This document shows, piece after piece, positions 55,198 to 64,000 of a stretch of 64,000 bases of DNA (position 1 is its first letter; each line of letters opens with the position of its first letter). Source of the stretch: a virus (lineage: Duplodnaviria; Caudoviricetes); IMG/VR virus record IMGVR_UViG_3300033072_000306, positions 25,451 to 89,450 of that record; one strand, given 5' to 3'. The notes beneath the pieces were generated by a model, which saw only the letters and a list, made by a program, of their open reading frames with translations, was not told where the DNA came from and searched no databases. Made by a program: the position numbers and the translations under genes.

Positions 55198-55212
55198 AAA
55201 CATTAGCCACTA

Positions 55213-56304
55213 TTATTTAGTAATAGTAACATCTACAGATAACTCTGGTTGAGTCATGTAGAAAGCAACGCTTGATTCTAAACCAACTTCAAAGTGTTGG
55301 TCGTGTTGAATCGGAGTACGCCAAGCGTAAGTTTCAGAACCTTTAGCGCCCAACTGAGAGAAGTAAGGAGCTGGTGCTGCAACAGCTTTGTACAAACCAC
55401 GAACACCACGTAATACTGTGAAGCCTTTACCATCTACAGTAACTTCTACATTAGTACCATCTTGACGAGTGAATACGTTAGGGTAAGTGATGAAACGAAC
55501 ACCGTTACCAAGATCGAATACTTGAGAAACACCATGAGCTGTCAATGAAGCTTCGCTGTAAAGTAAGTCTTGAGCAAGAGCTAAACCAGCACGACCTGTA
55601 CCTGTAATCAAGTTAGCACGTAAAGGAGCGATTGAAGCGTGAGTAGAGATTGCTTGTAAGTCAGCGTTAGTAACAACGATATCAACTACTGGAACTACTG
55701 GAGATACTTTGTTAGCGCGTTGAATCTTAGTTTTAAGAGCCACAGCCCAAGCTAAGATATCTAGAGTGGAGCTAGTAAGATCAAGAGTTTCAGTTAAGCG
55801 TACAACACCTAAGTTAGCTACCATGTCTAAGTATGCAGTACCATCACGAGGGTCACGTAGAACACCTTTAGCAGCTTCTACAGCCATGTACTCATGGTTT
55901 TGAGTCATAGTTAGAGACATACGCTCTAAACGATCAAGAGTTTCATCATTGATTGTGATAGCACGTTCAGCATCAGTCAAACCGTTGAAGTTTGCTACAC
56001 GACCTTCAAAGTTTTCGTAAGTGATAGACTCTACGAGTTTCATGTGAGGGATAGCAAAAGTAACAGCTTTTTGAACTGTCTTAGCTGTACGGTCAGCATC
56101 ACGCTCACGAACAGAGTTGAAGCCTGACATTTTACCGTAGTCAGTCATTGTTACATCTGCAATTACAGTACGTTGAGTAACAGGTTCTACTGTATATAAA
56201 CCAGTTTTAGAGAAAGCACCGTAAGGGTATGCTACTGTCTCAAATGATTCTGTTACGTCAATAAAGCGTGAACTGTTTAATGGGTTTACAATTGTTTGTG
56301 CCAT
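55213..56304 (-). CDS. major capsid protein (lambda gpE / Phage_cap_E-like)
   Basis: F.IPH, T.E.MA..A.KG...DP, APA; high-expression codon usage. Confidence 0.92.
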   Translation of the reverse strand: MAQTIVNPLNSSRFIDVTESFETVAYPYGAFSKTGLYTVEPVTQRTVIADVTMTDYGKMSGFNSVRERDADRTAKTVQKAVTFAIPHMKLVESITYENFEGRVANFNGLTDAERAITINDETLDRLERMSLTMTQNHEYMAVEAAKGVLRDPRDGTAYLDMVANLGVVRLTETLDLTSSTLDILAWAVALKTKIQRANKVSPVVPVVDIVVTNADLQAISTHASIAPLRANLITGTGRAGLALAQDLLYSEASLTAHGVSQVFDLGNGVRFITYPNVFTRQDGTNVEVTVDGKGFTVLRGVRGLYKAVAAPAPYFSQLGAKGSETYAWRTPIQHDQHFEVGLESSVAFYMTQPELSVDVTITK

Positions 56305-56359
56305 GTTATATAAATTCCTTTCTATTTATTCTTTAATAATAGGGATTAGCGTTAGCTAA

Positions 56360-56836
56360 TTACCCTTTAACTGCTTGTTTAAGAACTTTGAAACCATTCT
56401 CTACTTTTAAACGAGTAAAGATTGCTTCTTTGTTTGCAGCGTTTGAATCAGAAGGGAATTTAATTTCCGCATCACCAATTGCACCGCCATTACGAGCATC
56501 AAAAACTACAATAGCTTTAGGCTCTGTTAAGTAACCAGTTTTAAGCTCTACAATATTTGGGTCAAAACCATTTGAGCAATCGCCTTTGATTTCTTTACCA
56601 GCAAGGATTGCAATTTTACCTGATGCGGCAGCAGCAAGAGTTGCTTGATCAGCAGGAACAGTAATTGATTTATTGTCAGCACTTAGAATAACTAAAGTAC
56701 CGATTTGGTAGATACCAGCAGTACCAGTAAATGATACAGTTTCACGTGCCCAACCAACTTGTTGACCATTCTCTGATTGGAAAACTTCATCCCAAGTTGT
56801 GTAGTTATATTGATGAGGTAGGTTTGTAACTAACAT
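56360..56836 (-). CDS. head decoration protein (gpD-like)
   Basis: 158 aa between protease and MCP; RE.V......Y..GT.V, AILA motifs. Confidence 0.75.
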   Translation of the reverse strand: MLVTNLPHQYNYTTWDEVFQSENGQQVGWARETVSFTGTAGIYQIGTLVILSADNKSITVPADQATLAAAASGKIAILAGKEIKGDCSNGFDPNIVELKTGYLTEPKAIVVFDARNGGAIGDAEIKFPSDSNAANKEAIFTRLKVENGFKVLKQAVKG

Positions 56837-56856
56837 ATTATTTTATTCCTTCTGTC

Positions 56857-57324
56857 TTATGCTTTTTGTTTTGCTTTACGAGCTTGAGCTTGTTTAAGAA
56901 GCATTTCTTCTGGTGTCTCAGCAATTGCTGATGCAGAAGCAGAATGACCTACCTCTTCCATAGATTGTTCTTGAGTTTTTACTGATGCTTGAAAATCTGC
57001 TACAACTTTACCAAAAGCATCTTCATCTAATGATGCAAACATTGTTGCGTACATTTGAGGTTTTTCTGATTCAGTTCCAAATACAGCAGCTAACTTTTCT
57101 ACACGAGCATTGTGAGCAGCATCAGCTTTAAATTTAGTTAACTCAGCTTCAGCATGTTCTTTAGCTAAAACAGAAGCAGATAAATCAGATTGAACTTTAG
57201 ATAAGTCACCTTGTAGTTTAGCTACTTGAGCTTCTAGTGATTGCTTATCAATTGTGGCTGTTGCCAGTTGAGCTGTTAATTCTTCAACAGAAGCAACTTG
57301 CTCTTGAACATTTTGTTCAGACAT
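56857..57324 (-). CDS. scaffolding protein translated from an internal start in the protease gene (Nu3-like)
   Basis: in-frame MSEQNVQEQ preceded by AAGGA; coiled-coil composition. Confidence 0.55.
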   Translation of the reverse strand: MSEQNVQEQVASVEELTAQLATATIDKQSLEAQVAKLQGDLSKVQSDLSASVLAKEHAEAELTKFKADAAHNARVEKLAAVFGTESEKPQMYATMFASLDEDAFGKVVADFQASVKTQEQSMEEVGHSASASAIAETPEEMLLKQAQARKAKQKA

Positions 57325-58281
57325 TGTTTGTGTTTCCTTGTTGTGTTTCAATGTGGTCGATTGTTCAACCGTATTATTAAAATAAACAGTGTTGTTTGAT
57401 GATTTCATTGATAGATAATTTTCAAAATCTTCAACTTCCATTAGCTTATCAACAAAACCAATTGTTAATGCTACGTCAGCATCATATACACTTGCTTGAG
57501 TGTCCTTGACCGCTTGTACAGACATGTTTCGATGTGTTGCAACATGATTAACAAACTTCTCATAAGATTTATTAACACTTTCTTGTAAGTCATTAATAAA
57601 CTTCTCTGTGAAGTCTCCATCTGCATTAAATGGAATCTTATTTCCACCAGCAAATACAAATGAACGATCAATACCAATCTCTTTAAGCATTCGACTATTG
57701 TTATAGAGTTGTACAACTACACCAACAGAACCAATTTGAGACATTGGATTTGCAATAACTTCGTCTGCAATAGCAGTCCACGCAAAAGCAGCAGAAGCCG
57801 ATAACCCATCTACATAAGCTGTCAACTTAACACTGTTTTCTTTTGCTAATTTTTGAACATAGTTCGCAGCTTCGAAGCAACCGTAGGCTTCACCCCCTGA
57901 ACTATCTACCATCAAAACACAGTGAGAAATTCCTTCATCAACTTGTGCTTTAAATGTCTTTTTAAGTCCCTCGTAAGACGTTAGCTCCATGCAATCAGCA
58001 TTTAACTGTCCTTCACGATTGACTAATGTATCTTTAATTTCTAATGTTGCTACCATTGTGTTTGGGTTAATCCCAATACTTGATAATCTACGTTTCTGGT
58101 AGGCTTCATCACTATTAAAATCTGCTCTTAGAAGTGGTTTTGATTCTTCTTGTTTTGCTAACTTTAATAATGCAGACCGTTGTGGGTCTGCTAAGTAATC
58201 TACAATAGGTTGTAAACCTTCTAATGTAATTAGCTGAGGTTTGTTAAAAACCTTACTAACAATATTCTGAGCTCTAGCCAT
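56857..58281 (-). CDS. prohead protease, S49 (lambda gpC-like), with C-terminal scaffold
   Basis: VDS.GGE..G, YVDGL.ASAA, GSVGV, GGNK, F..HVA..R, A...G.VD. Confidence 0.92.
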   Translation of the reverse strand: MARAQNIVSKVFNKPQLITLEGLQPIVDYLADPQRSALLKLAKQEESKPLLRADFNSDEAYQKRRLSSIGINPNTMVATLEIKDTLVNREGQLNADCMELTSYEGLKKTFKAQVDEGISHCVLMVDSSGGEAYGCFEAANYVQKLAKENSVKLTAYVDGLSASAAFAWTAIADEVIANPMSQIGSVGVVVQLYNNSRMLKEIGIDRSFVFAGGNKIPFNADGDFTEKFINDLQESVNKSYEKFVNHVATHRNMSVQAVKDTQASVYDADVALTIGFVDKLMEVEDFENYLSMKSSNNTVYFNNTVEQSTTLKHNKETQTMSEQNVQEQVASVEELTAQLATATIDKQSLEAQVAKLQGDLSKVQSDLSASVLAKEHAEAELTKFKADAAHNARVEKLAAVFGTESEKPQMYATMFASLDEDAFGKVVADFQASVKTQEQSMEEVGHSASASAIAETPEEMLLKQAQARKAKQKA

Positions 58282-58293
58282 TATTTCTCCATA

Positions 58294-59772
58294 TTAAGCA
58301 TTTTCTAAATTACTCGCACTCTTATCATCTTCAGAAACAGTGTTAGCTGTACCTTGACCTGATGGTGAAGCAGCTCCGTCTCCAGATCGGCTGGCATCTT
58401 CTTGATCAACAGTTAATAGTTCATCCATTTCTTCTTTCGTTGCATCATGTGGTACACGATAAGGAAGCCCCATAACTTCAGCGATATAATTAATATTATC
58501 TGGTGTTACAGCGATAAGTTTAGTTGCTTTAAGTTGTTGCATTGCTTTAGCGAATGCTGCAAAATCCATATTGAAGATATCACCACGTTTAAGTTTTGGT
58601 GTCTTCGTATCATCCCATCCATTACGTCTAAATAGATCGGGAATTAAATCTTTATTCACTTGAGCGAAGATGCTATCTAACAAACTCTCAACAACCATGC
58701 TCAACATGTCTCGTTTATTGGCTACACTCGATGATGTACCTTGAGCCATAATGAGAGCATCTGCAAATAATGCTTGCAAGATTTGATCTGAACGTGTTTT
58801 AACAACACTTGAGATAGCTGATATATTTGAAGCAGAAGATTGAACAATACTAAAATCAAAGTAAGGTTTACCGTTCTCATCAACATCTGATGGGAGGATA
58901 ACAGATTGTTGCTCACCAATACCTAATTTAGTAACACCATCTTTCATAACCTTATATGTCATTTTCTGCTCATCTGTAGCAGTCTCAGTCATATAGATAG
59001 ATGGAATCTTAACTACTGGAACACCATTAAGGTTTTTAACAGTAGCAATTTCTTCTGTCTCTAAAAGGTTTTGAAGTTTACGCCAATGGTTGTAGCAGTA
59101 GGATAGTTTTGATTTACCCTCTGGATTACCATTCGTAGCATTGTCTCTAATCAATAAGAAACGATCACGAGGAATGAATGTATCATCACTGAAAGTAGTT
59201 TTTAATGTAATCAATCCATTTTGAAGATCAACTAAATCAATTTCCTTTTGATAACATCCCAACACTGTTCTTACTTTTTCATCGAACTTCCACTTAGCAA
59301 TACTTCCTTGAGAACGGATAGGTAGGCGTTTAATACCAATCTTACCATCATCGTATTTACTACCATTCTTCTTACGTCTAAAATAGAATACTTTTTCGTG
59401 AATAGAGAATCCGTATTTATTAACAGACATAGCTTCACGAATAAACTCATCAAGAGTTTGATCAACCATATCGTTGAATACTTGTTCTACAAAGTCTTTA
59501 CGTTTCTTGTGTCTATCACTTTCATCGTAAGATTCAAAGTAGTAAGGTGTACGAGAAGCAATTACGTTTACAATGGATAGGGCAGAAGCAATAACGATGT
59601 TCTGTTCCATTTGATCGTATGTAGCAACACAATAAGGGAATTGTAAATCCTTTCGTGTTTCTGATACTACTAAACCACCATTAATCTTTAAACCTAAGTT
59701 ACCAATCTCTGATTTAACTTCGCCATAAGTGGCACTTTTCTTATCATTCGTTGCTTCAGAATTTTGTGCCAT
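58294..59772 (-). CDS. portal protein
   Basis: GFS..EKV, P.G...L..CY..W..., G.P; 492 aa between terL and protease. Confidence 0.88.
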   Translation of the reverse strand: MAQNSEATNDKKSATYGEVKSEIGNLGLKINGGLVVSETRKDLQFPYCVATYDQMEQNIVIASALSIVNVIASRTPYYFESYDESDRHKKRKDFVEQVFNDMVDQTLDEFIREAMSVNKYGFSIHEKVFYFRRKKNGSKYDDGKIGIKRLPIRSQGSIAKWKFDEKVRTVLGCYQKEIDLVDLQNGLITLKTTFSDDTFIPRDRFLLIRDNATNGNPEGKSKLSYCYNHWRKLQNLLETEEIATVKNLNGVPVVKIPSIYMTETATDEQKMTYKVMKDGVTKLGIGEQQSVILPSDVDENGKPYFDFSIVQSSASNISAISSVVKTRSDQILQALFADALIMAQGTSSSVANKRDMLSMVVESLLDSIFAQVNKDLIPDLFRRNGWDDTKTPKLKRGDIFNMDFAAFAKAMQQLKATKLIAVTPDNINYIAEVMGLPYRVPHDATKEEMDELLTVDQEDASRSGDGAASPSGQGTANTVSEDDKSASNLENA

Positions 59773-59807
59773 TTCTTATAGTTTTCCTTGTTTAAATAAA
59801 AAGAGCA

Positions 59808-59894
59808 TCACAATCTTAGTAATGCCCCATTAAAGTTTGGTAGTTCTTTATTTGTTGCTAATTTCTGTTGACAAGCAGAAACGCAGTCTACTAG
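59808..59894 (-). CDS. terL: terminase large subunit, exon 2 (LVDCVSAC...LLRL*)
   Basis: joins exon 1 ...KKDD to give DDLVDCVSA, the DD.VD..S nuclease motif; spliced product 493 aa. Confidence 0.9.
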   Translation of the reverse strand, partial: LVDCVSACQQKLATNKELPNFNGALLRL

Positions 59895-60656
59895 CTTTTT
59901 TTGTTAATGAGTATTCGTTAATTACTCACCAAGAGAATCATTTAGATTTCTTGCTATATGTCACCATATAGATCAGACCATATCTTCTATAGAGATTATT
60001 CTATAGCCTACCGCTTCGGAATCACTTGATCCCTACTCCCTTACATTCATCAGGGATGGTCGTTACACTTGATAATGATTTTTCTTGTGATGTCCCACAC
60101 CTCTGTGTTCTTCAAAAGTTAAAACCTCTAAATTTGAAACACAGTTGTTAGTTCTATCGTTGTCTTTATGGTGAACTTCTTTACCAGTTACATCACATAT
60201 GAATGTGTTAGCAACAAGTCGTGAAACATAGAATTTTTTCTCAACATTCTGAATGTCGAAGAGTCCCAAGAGAACACTCCCACATTCTCGAAGTTGTGTT
60301 TTTAAAACACGTAGAACCGTACCGTCTTTTAAGACAATACATTTCAAACCCCAATCTTTAAAAGGTACTGAAAAAGGTTCATCATTCGATTTTGCAGTAT
60401 CAAGCATATGGCGAGTAATTGTTCTTTGCTCACCGTTAAACATAACCTTCTTACTGTAAACTGTCGTATAAACTACGCCACTACAGGTAATGTAGTATTT
60501 ATCCTTGATACTTCTCATGTAGGTTGAAATGTTTCTAATTTCCATAAAATCCTCATATTTGCAATATATTTTCAGTATGTTTATCAAGCACGGCATTGTC
60601 TATATTGCTACAGGTGTCCACCGTTTTCAATAGGTTTAGAGACGACCTAGTTGTTA
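59895..60656 (-). mobile_element. self-splicing group I intron (IA2-like), 762 nt, with HNH gene
   Basis: P1 GACGAU/GUCGUC with U-G at splice site, P10 ACUAG/CUAGU, P4 ACGGU/GCCGU, P3 CCUAUU/GGUAGG, P7 GACCA/UGGUC, P8 CUAUAGA/UCUAUAG, AAGAUAUGGUC element, P9 CUAUAUG-GUGA-CAUAUAG, terminal G. Confidence 0.93.
60063..60545 (-). CDS. intron-encoded HNH homing endonuclease (I-HmuI-like HNH_3)
   Basis: V.RLVA..F...VHHKD.DR.NN.VSNLE; start MEIRN after GAGG (track start 60596 lies in the ribozyme core). Confidence 0.85.
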   Translation of the reverse strand: MEIRNISTYMRSIKDKYYITCSGVVYTTVYSKKVMFNGEQRTITRHMLDTAKSNDEPFSVPFKDWGLKCIVLKDGTVLRVLKTQLRECGSVLLGLFDIQNVEKKFYVSRLVANTFICDVTGKEVHHKDNDRTNNCVSNLEVLTFEEHRGVGHHKKNHYQV

Positions 60657-62051
60657 ATCGTCTTTTTTGTAAGCTGTTGATCGTTTCCCATCAAAACCCT
60701 CAAGTTCATCTAGGAAATAATCATTCCACTCACCTTTAACAATTCTTACTAATCCTGTTTCAGCTAATGCTGAGAATGGTAGGAACTGAGATAGTTTAGA
60801 GTTATGTGGAGAGTGTTTTAATAATCTAACAGCAACACCTTTCTTAGCACACTCATTAACCCATTGTTGAGAAGCCCATCGAGCTTGTGCGTTAGGGTCT
60901 TGAGGGATAAAGGTGTTTACGATAGTATCGCAATACTGCTGATCTTCAATCCCAGTGTCAATAATCCAATCAACAACATCTAGAATTGATATTCGATTTC
61001 TTCTGGCATCTTCAATATAGTAGTATCCATCTTCACCATAAGACATCATAACTGATGCTGTATAGTCAGGATGTGGACTAGATTCAGAAGGCTTTGTTGC
61101 TGCAATATCCCAACACCGAACTCTGCGTTTAACTTTACAAGGAATAGAATCGACAAACTCAACCCAATCTCTCTTGAAGTAACCTGAGTTTTCTTCCCTA
61201 GCATACCAGTTGCCTTTTAACAGTCTCTCCATTTTAATTCTAGGGGAGTTTGCTAACTGAGCAACATAGTTAGGGTTTTTCTTAAGCATTAGTGGATTGT
61301 CTAAGCAAGTTGCACCAATGAATGAGAACGACTGTGGAATACAGGTTGATTTACCTTCCATGTCAAGTGGAAACTTCTCTTTATGCTCCTCAAACAGCTC
61401 TTCATAGCTACTTGACCAGAACATCTTACTACCAATTCTTAAGTAGTAGCGAGTGTCACCATTTCTTTCTGGAATCGGTCTACCTTCAACTAACTCACTC
61501 TCAACATAAGAGCCTCTAGGGTATAAGTAATAGTCGGAAAGCCAATCACACAAGAAGCTGTCTGGGTCTGGATTGCATGTTAACCAAATGCAAGGTGTAA
61601 TGTGATCTGATGTGGCACGAAGTCGAGTAATTAGCCAAGAAATTTCTTCCTCGCTTAAATGAGTCGCCTCGTCAACCATTGCGCAAGTAACCTGAATACC
61701 TTGAATGGAATCCATACCAGCTTCACCATCAAGACCGATGAAGTTAATTGTTGCACCGCTTGAGAAAGTGATCTGCATAGGTTGTTTTGTATATCGCATA
61801 CCTTTATCGTATGCCTTGAACATCCTGATAGCTTCCTCGAAAGCACCACCACCTTTCTTAAAGTCTGTTGCATTCTTACGAACAACATAACCAGAGAACA
61901 ATGGGTCATCAACGTACCACAAGAACCTCATCAATCCTTGATAAGTCTTACCACTCATTGCAGCGCCGCCAAATACAGTAATAAAAGCTTTTGAGTTGAT
62001 GAATTGCTCTTGTCTTTTGGAGGATGGTTGAAATAATACGTCTTCCTTCAA
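60657..62051 (-). CDS. terL: terminase large subunit, exon 1
   Basis: GGAAMSGKT Walker A, VDEAT Walker B, TCNP coupling motif, WDIAA nuclease Asp; truncated at KKDD by the intron TAA. Confidence 0.95.
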
Positions 62052-62064
62052 TACTTCCTCCTAA

Positions 62065-62418
62065 TTAACTAGCCATGTTTGGATTAAACTTACTCTGATT
62101 TACAGGTTTAAATTCATCTTGGTTATCTGAACCAACACCCTCTTTCTCATTTAAATCGTGACGCTTAATTTGCTCATTAAGAGCTTTAAGTTTCTTCTCA
62201 GCTCGATGATTCTCTTCTTTCATAATATGATTATCAACAGAGATAAACATAGCAATGTAATCTTGAGCCATTTTAAATTTAGTTGTAGGTTTTGCATCAG
62301 AATCTTGAGAAACTGCTTCTAAGGCATCCCCTGCCATTTTAATAGCTAACTCCATGCTACTGTTCATCTTAGCTTTGATTTGAGCAGTAGTGATTGGCAA
62401 GCGTTTAACTTCAGCCAT
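62065..62418 (-). CDS. putative terminase small subunit
   Basis: 117-aa helical protein immediately upstream of terL; positional only. Confidence 0.4.
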   Translation of the reverse strand: MAEVKRLPITTAQIKAKMNSSMELAIKMAGDALEAVSQDSDAKPTTKFKMAQDYIAMFISVDNHIMKEENHRAEKKLKALNEQIKRHDLNEKEGVGSDNQDEFKPVNQSKFNPNMAS

Positions 62419-62429
62419 ATTGAATATCC

Positions 62430-62819
62430 TTAATAAAATACATGACCATCAATTCTACGAGGTTTTACATTTGTCTTAAACCTAACACCAAGCTTAGTGG
62501 TGTTAAAGTATAGAGCGTTACCTACATGATTCTGAGTAGTGCATGAAATAGAATCATAAGCAACTTTTCTAATCTGTTGCCATTGTTCTTTATGTTGAGC
62601 GTCTTTGTAAGAAAGCTTTGGTGGTTTGCTTAGAGAGACGTTCTTATTGTAGAAAGAGAATTGACCTTTCTGTTTGATTACACCACAAATACTGTTAGGG
62701 TAGTTTGGATGCTTACTTCGGTTAATAATTGTTTGAGCTACTGCTTCTTGACCTTTCTTTGATTCACCCCTAGCTTCAAACCATAAGGCGACAGAAAGAC
62801 ACATTGCTTCAATAGACAT
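62430..62819 (-). CDS. cell wall hydrolase, SleB/Hydrolase_2 family
   Basis: CL..A.WFEARGE..GQ.AVA...INR...YP.SIC.VI.Q..QFS, ALYF, I.GH.FY. Confidence 0.9.
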   Translation of the reverse strand: MSIEAMCLSVALWFEARGESKKGQEAVAQTIINRSKHPNYPNSICGVIKQKGQFSFYNKNVSLSKPPKLSYKDAQHKEQWQQIRKVAYDSISCTTQNHVGNALYFNTTKLGVRFKTNVKPRRIDGHVFY

Positions 62820-62891
62820 TAAAAAAAGTTCCTATCAATAAAAGAAAGGAACGTATTATACAGAAACTTGTGTATTTATACAAACATGTGT

Positions 62892-63224
62892 TTATTTATA
62901 CAATTCATCAACAGCATCCACTAAAGCAGATTGTTTGATGATACATTTATTATGTTGCACCACTTCTTCATTAATCCAGATAGCGATATCTTTAGATTTA
63001 TTAGAAGGGATTTCCTTAATCTCTGAACACTTTGTTCGTAGAGATTTATCAATTACTGGAATTGGAATTACTGTTGGCTGATCTAATGGTTTCGTTTTGG
63101 ACTGACAACCACTCAGCAGAAAAACACTCGCTAGAATCAGAAATGTTGTTGATAATAGGTTGGAGTTTTTCTTTAATGATAGTTTCTGTTTTAGTGTCGT
63201 TAAGTTGTTTTTCATATCGTTCAC
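62892..63224 (-). CDS. o-spanin (outer-membrane lipoprotein)
   Basis: lipobox FLLSGC after a hydrophobic stretch, Pro-rich, C-terminal Cys; overlaps the i-spanin in another frame; exact start uncertain. Confidence 0.75.
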   Translation of the reverse strand: MNDMKNNLTTLKQKLSLKKNSNLLSTTFLILASVFLLSGCQSKTKPLDQPTVIPIPVIDKSLRTKCSEIKEIPSNKSKDIAIWINEEVVQHNKCIIKQSALVDAVDELYK

Positions 63225-63456
63225 TCACTTCACTAATACGTTTCTCTGTTTCATTTTGTTTTTTTAGAAATTCAATTGTTTTAGCTTGACTTGTAATAAC
63301 AATAGTGCTTAGTTGTAATTCATGTTCTTTCTTTAGAGATGCATTACGTTCATCTAAGATATTACAACGTATTAAAAGAGCTACAATGACAATTGAACAT
63401 AAGGCAATAACAATATACTGCCAATACTTTAAGATTAAAGTTAGATACAGAAGCAT
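63049..63456 (-). CDS. i-spanin (inner-membrane, N-terminal TM, coiled coil)
   Basis: TM at residues ~12-30, coiled-coil, Cys near C-terminus, overlapped o-spanin. Confidence 0.75.
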   Translation of the reverse strand: MLLYLTLILKYWQYIVIALCSIVIVALLIRCNILDERNASLKKEHELQLSTIVITSQAKTIEFLKKQNETEKRISEVSERYEKQLNDTKTETIIKEKLQPIINNISDSSECFSAEWLSVQNETIRSANSNSNSSN

Positions 63457-63459
63457 GTT

Positions 63460-63975
63460 AATACCTTTGAGATAATATTTGGAACGGAATTATAAGATAT
63501 GCTATGACTCTCGATTCACAAGTTTACTTAAGCACTTGCTTCACTACACCTTCTTGGTTTCCGCAATAAATTCCTCATTCGCTTACATGGTAGAGGGCTA
63601 CACGATATTCTCTTGCCGTAATATTTATTACTGATCACAAGAGGTATTTGAAATATAAAACCCAACAGTTTGAGCATCTACAGTCTAATCATAATTCGTC
63701 AATTACTTTCTGTACAGCACTTTCGGAATCCGAAGTTCTAGGCTTGTCGGGTAAACTTTAAAATTCATTGGTGAGGTTAGTGTCGATCACCACGACATTC
63801 TCTCTCTGCTGTTTTAAGGCTTTGAGATACCGCAACTTCTGGGAGAAAGTTGATCTTGGAGTATTTGAATTAAATTAAAAATTAAATTATATGAAGTGTT
63901 CCCATTGGATACGCTTAAGGTGTGTTAATTCACATATTTTGATTAGTACCCGATATTAACACTTCTATAATTTAA
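63460..63975 (-). ncRNA. candidate structured ncRNA / leader upstream of the late operon
   Basis: no ORF of 60 aa or more; many nested hairpins and an 18-bp inverted repeat. Confidence 0.45.
63882..63975. repeat. 18-bp inverted repeat with a 1-nt bulge enclosing 57 nt
   Basis: TTAAATTATA(T)GAAGTGTT (63882-63900) / AACACTTCTATAATTTAA (63958-63975). Confidence 0.85.
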
Positions 63976-64000
63976 CTGAGATAAAAAGAAACCATCCAAT

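Noticed and set aside
1669-63289. Most plus-strand ORFs and nested alternative-frame minus ORFs in the track (e.g. 1669-1992, 18315-18764, 45689-46042, 20485-20721, 24660-24983)
   Set aside because: They are shadows of well-supported genes, with no RBS or recognisable motifs. The o-spanin and the chaperone -1 frame are the only overlaps I accept.
63769-63792. TGGTGA...TCACCA suggesting a tRNA 3' end
   Set aside because: It is a local hairpin; there is no T-arm or cloverleaf at tRNA spacing on either strand.
1-64000. Stop-codon reassignment or DNA hypermodification cluster
   Set aside because: Genes tile densely under the standard code. The only truncated core gene (terL) is explained by the intron. 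No base-modification enzymes were recognised, and ThyA looks canonical.
1-64000. Lysogeny module
   Set aside because: No integrase, repressor or partition genes were seen in this window; genes outside it cannot be assessed.

Overview
This is a contiguous 64-kb piece of an AT-rich lytic myovirus (contractile-tail phage) genome, with almost every gene on the minus strand. An Acinetobacter host is my inference from the tail-fibre N-terminal module and the GH19 endolysin; it needs a database check. From left to right: (1) small hypothetical ORFs mixed with nucleotide-metabolism genes (DHFR, ThyA, glutaredoxin, class Ia NrdA/NrdB, MazG-like pyrophosphatase, metallophosphoesterase). (2) A T7-like replication set (5'-3' exonuclease, SSB, family A polymerase, gp4-like primase-helicase), a winged-helix initiator-like gene beside an AT-rich origin-like gap, and four free-standing homing endonucleases. 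(3) One tRNA-Arg(UCU). (4) The lysis, tail, baseplate, neck, head and packaging module. Most notable items not explained by the ORF track: a 762-nt group I intron with an HNH gene splitting the terL nuclease motif (splice sites, P1, P3, P4, P7-P10 are readable); a ~590-nt non-coding array of long perfect inverted repeats immediately 3' of the tRNA; and a second, similarly built structured non-coding tract upstream of the late operon (63460-64000). Together these two tracts are candidate large phage ncRNAs. Also seen: duplicated sheath and triplicated tube genes, a primase-helicase lacking its zinc-binding domain, a catalytically eroded dUTPase-fold protein, a -1 frameshift tail chaperone, and a hidden ATA-start gene. 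All calls were made by eye; no searches or folding programs were run.
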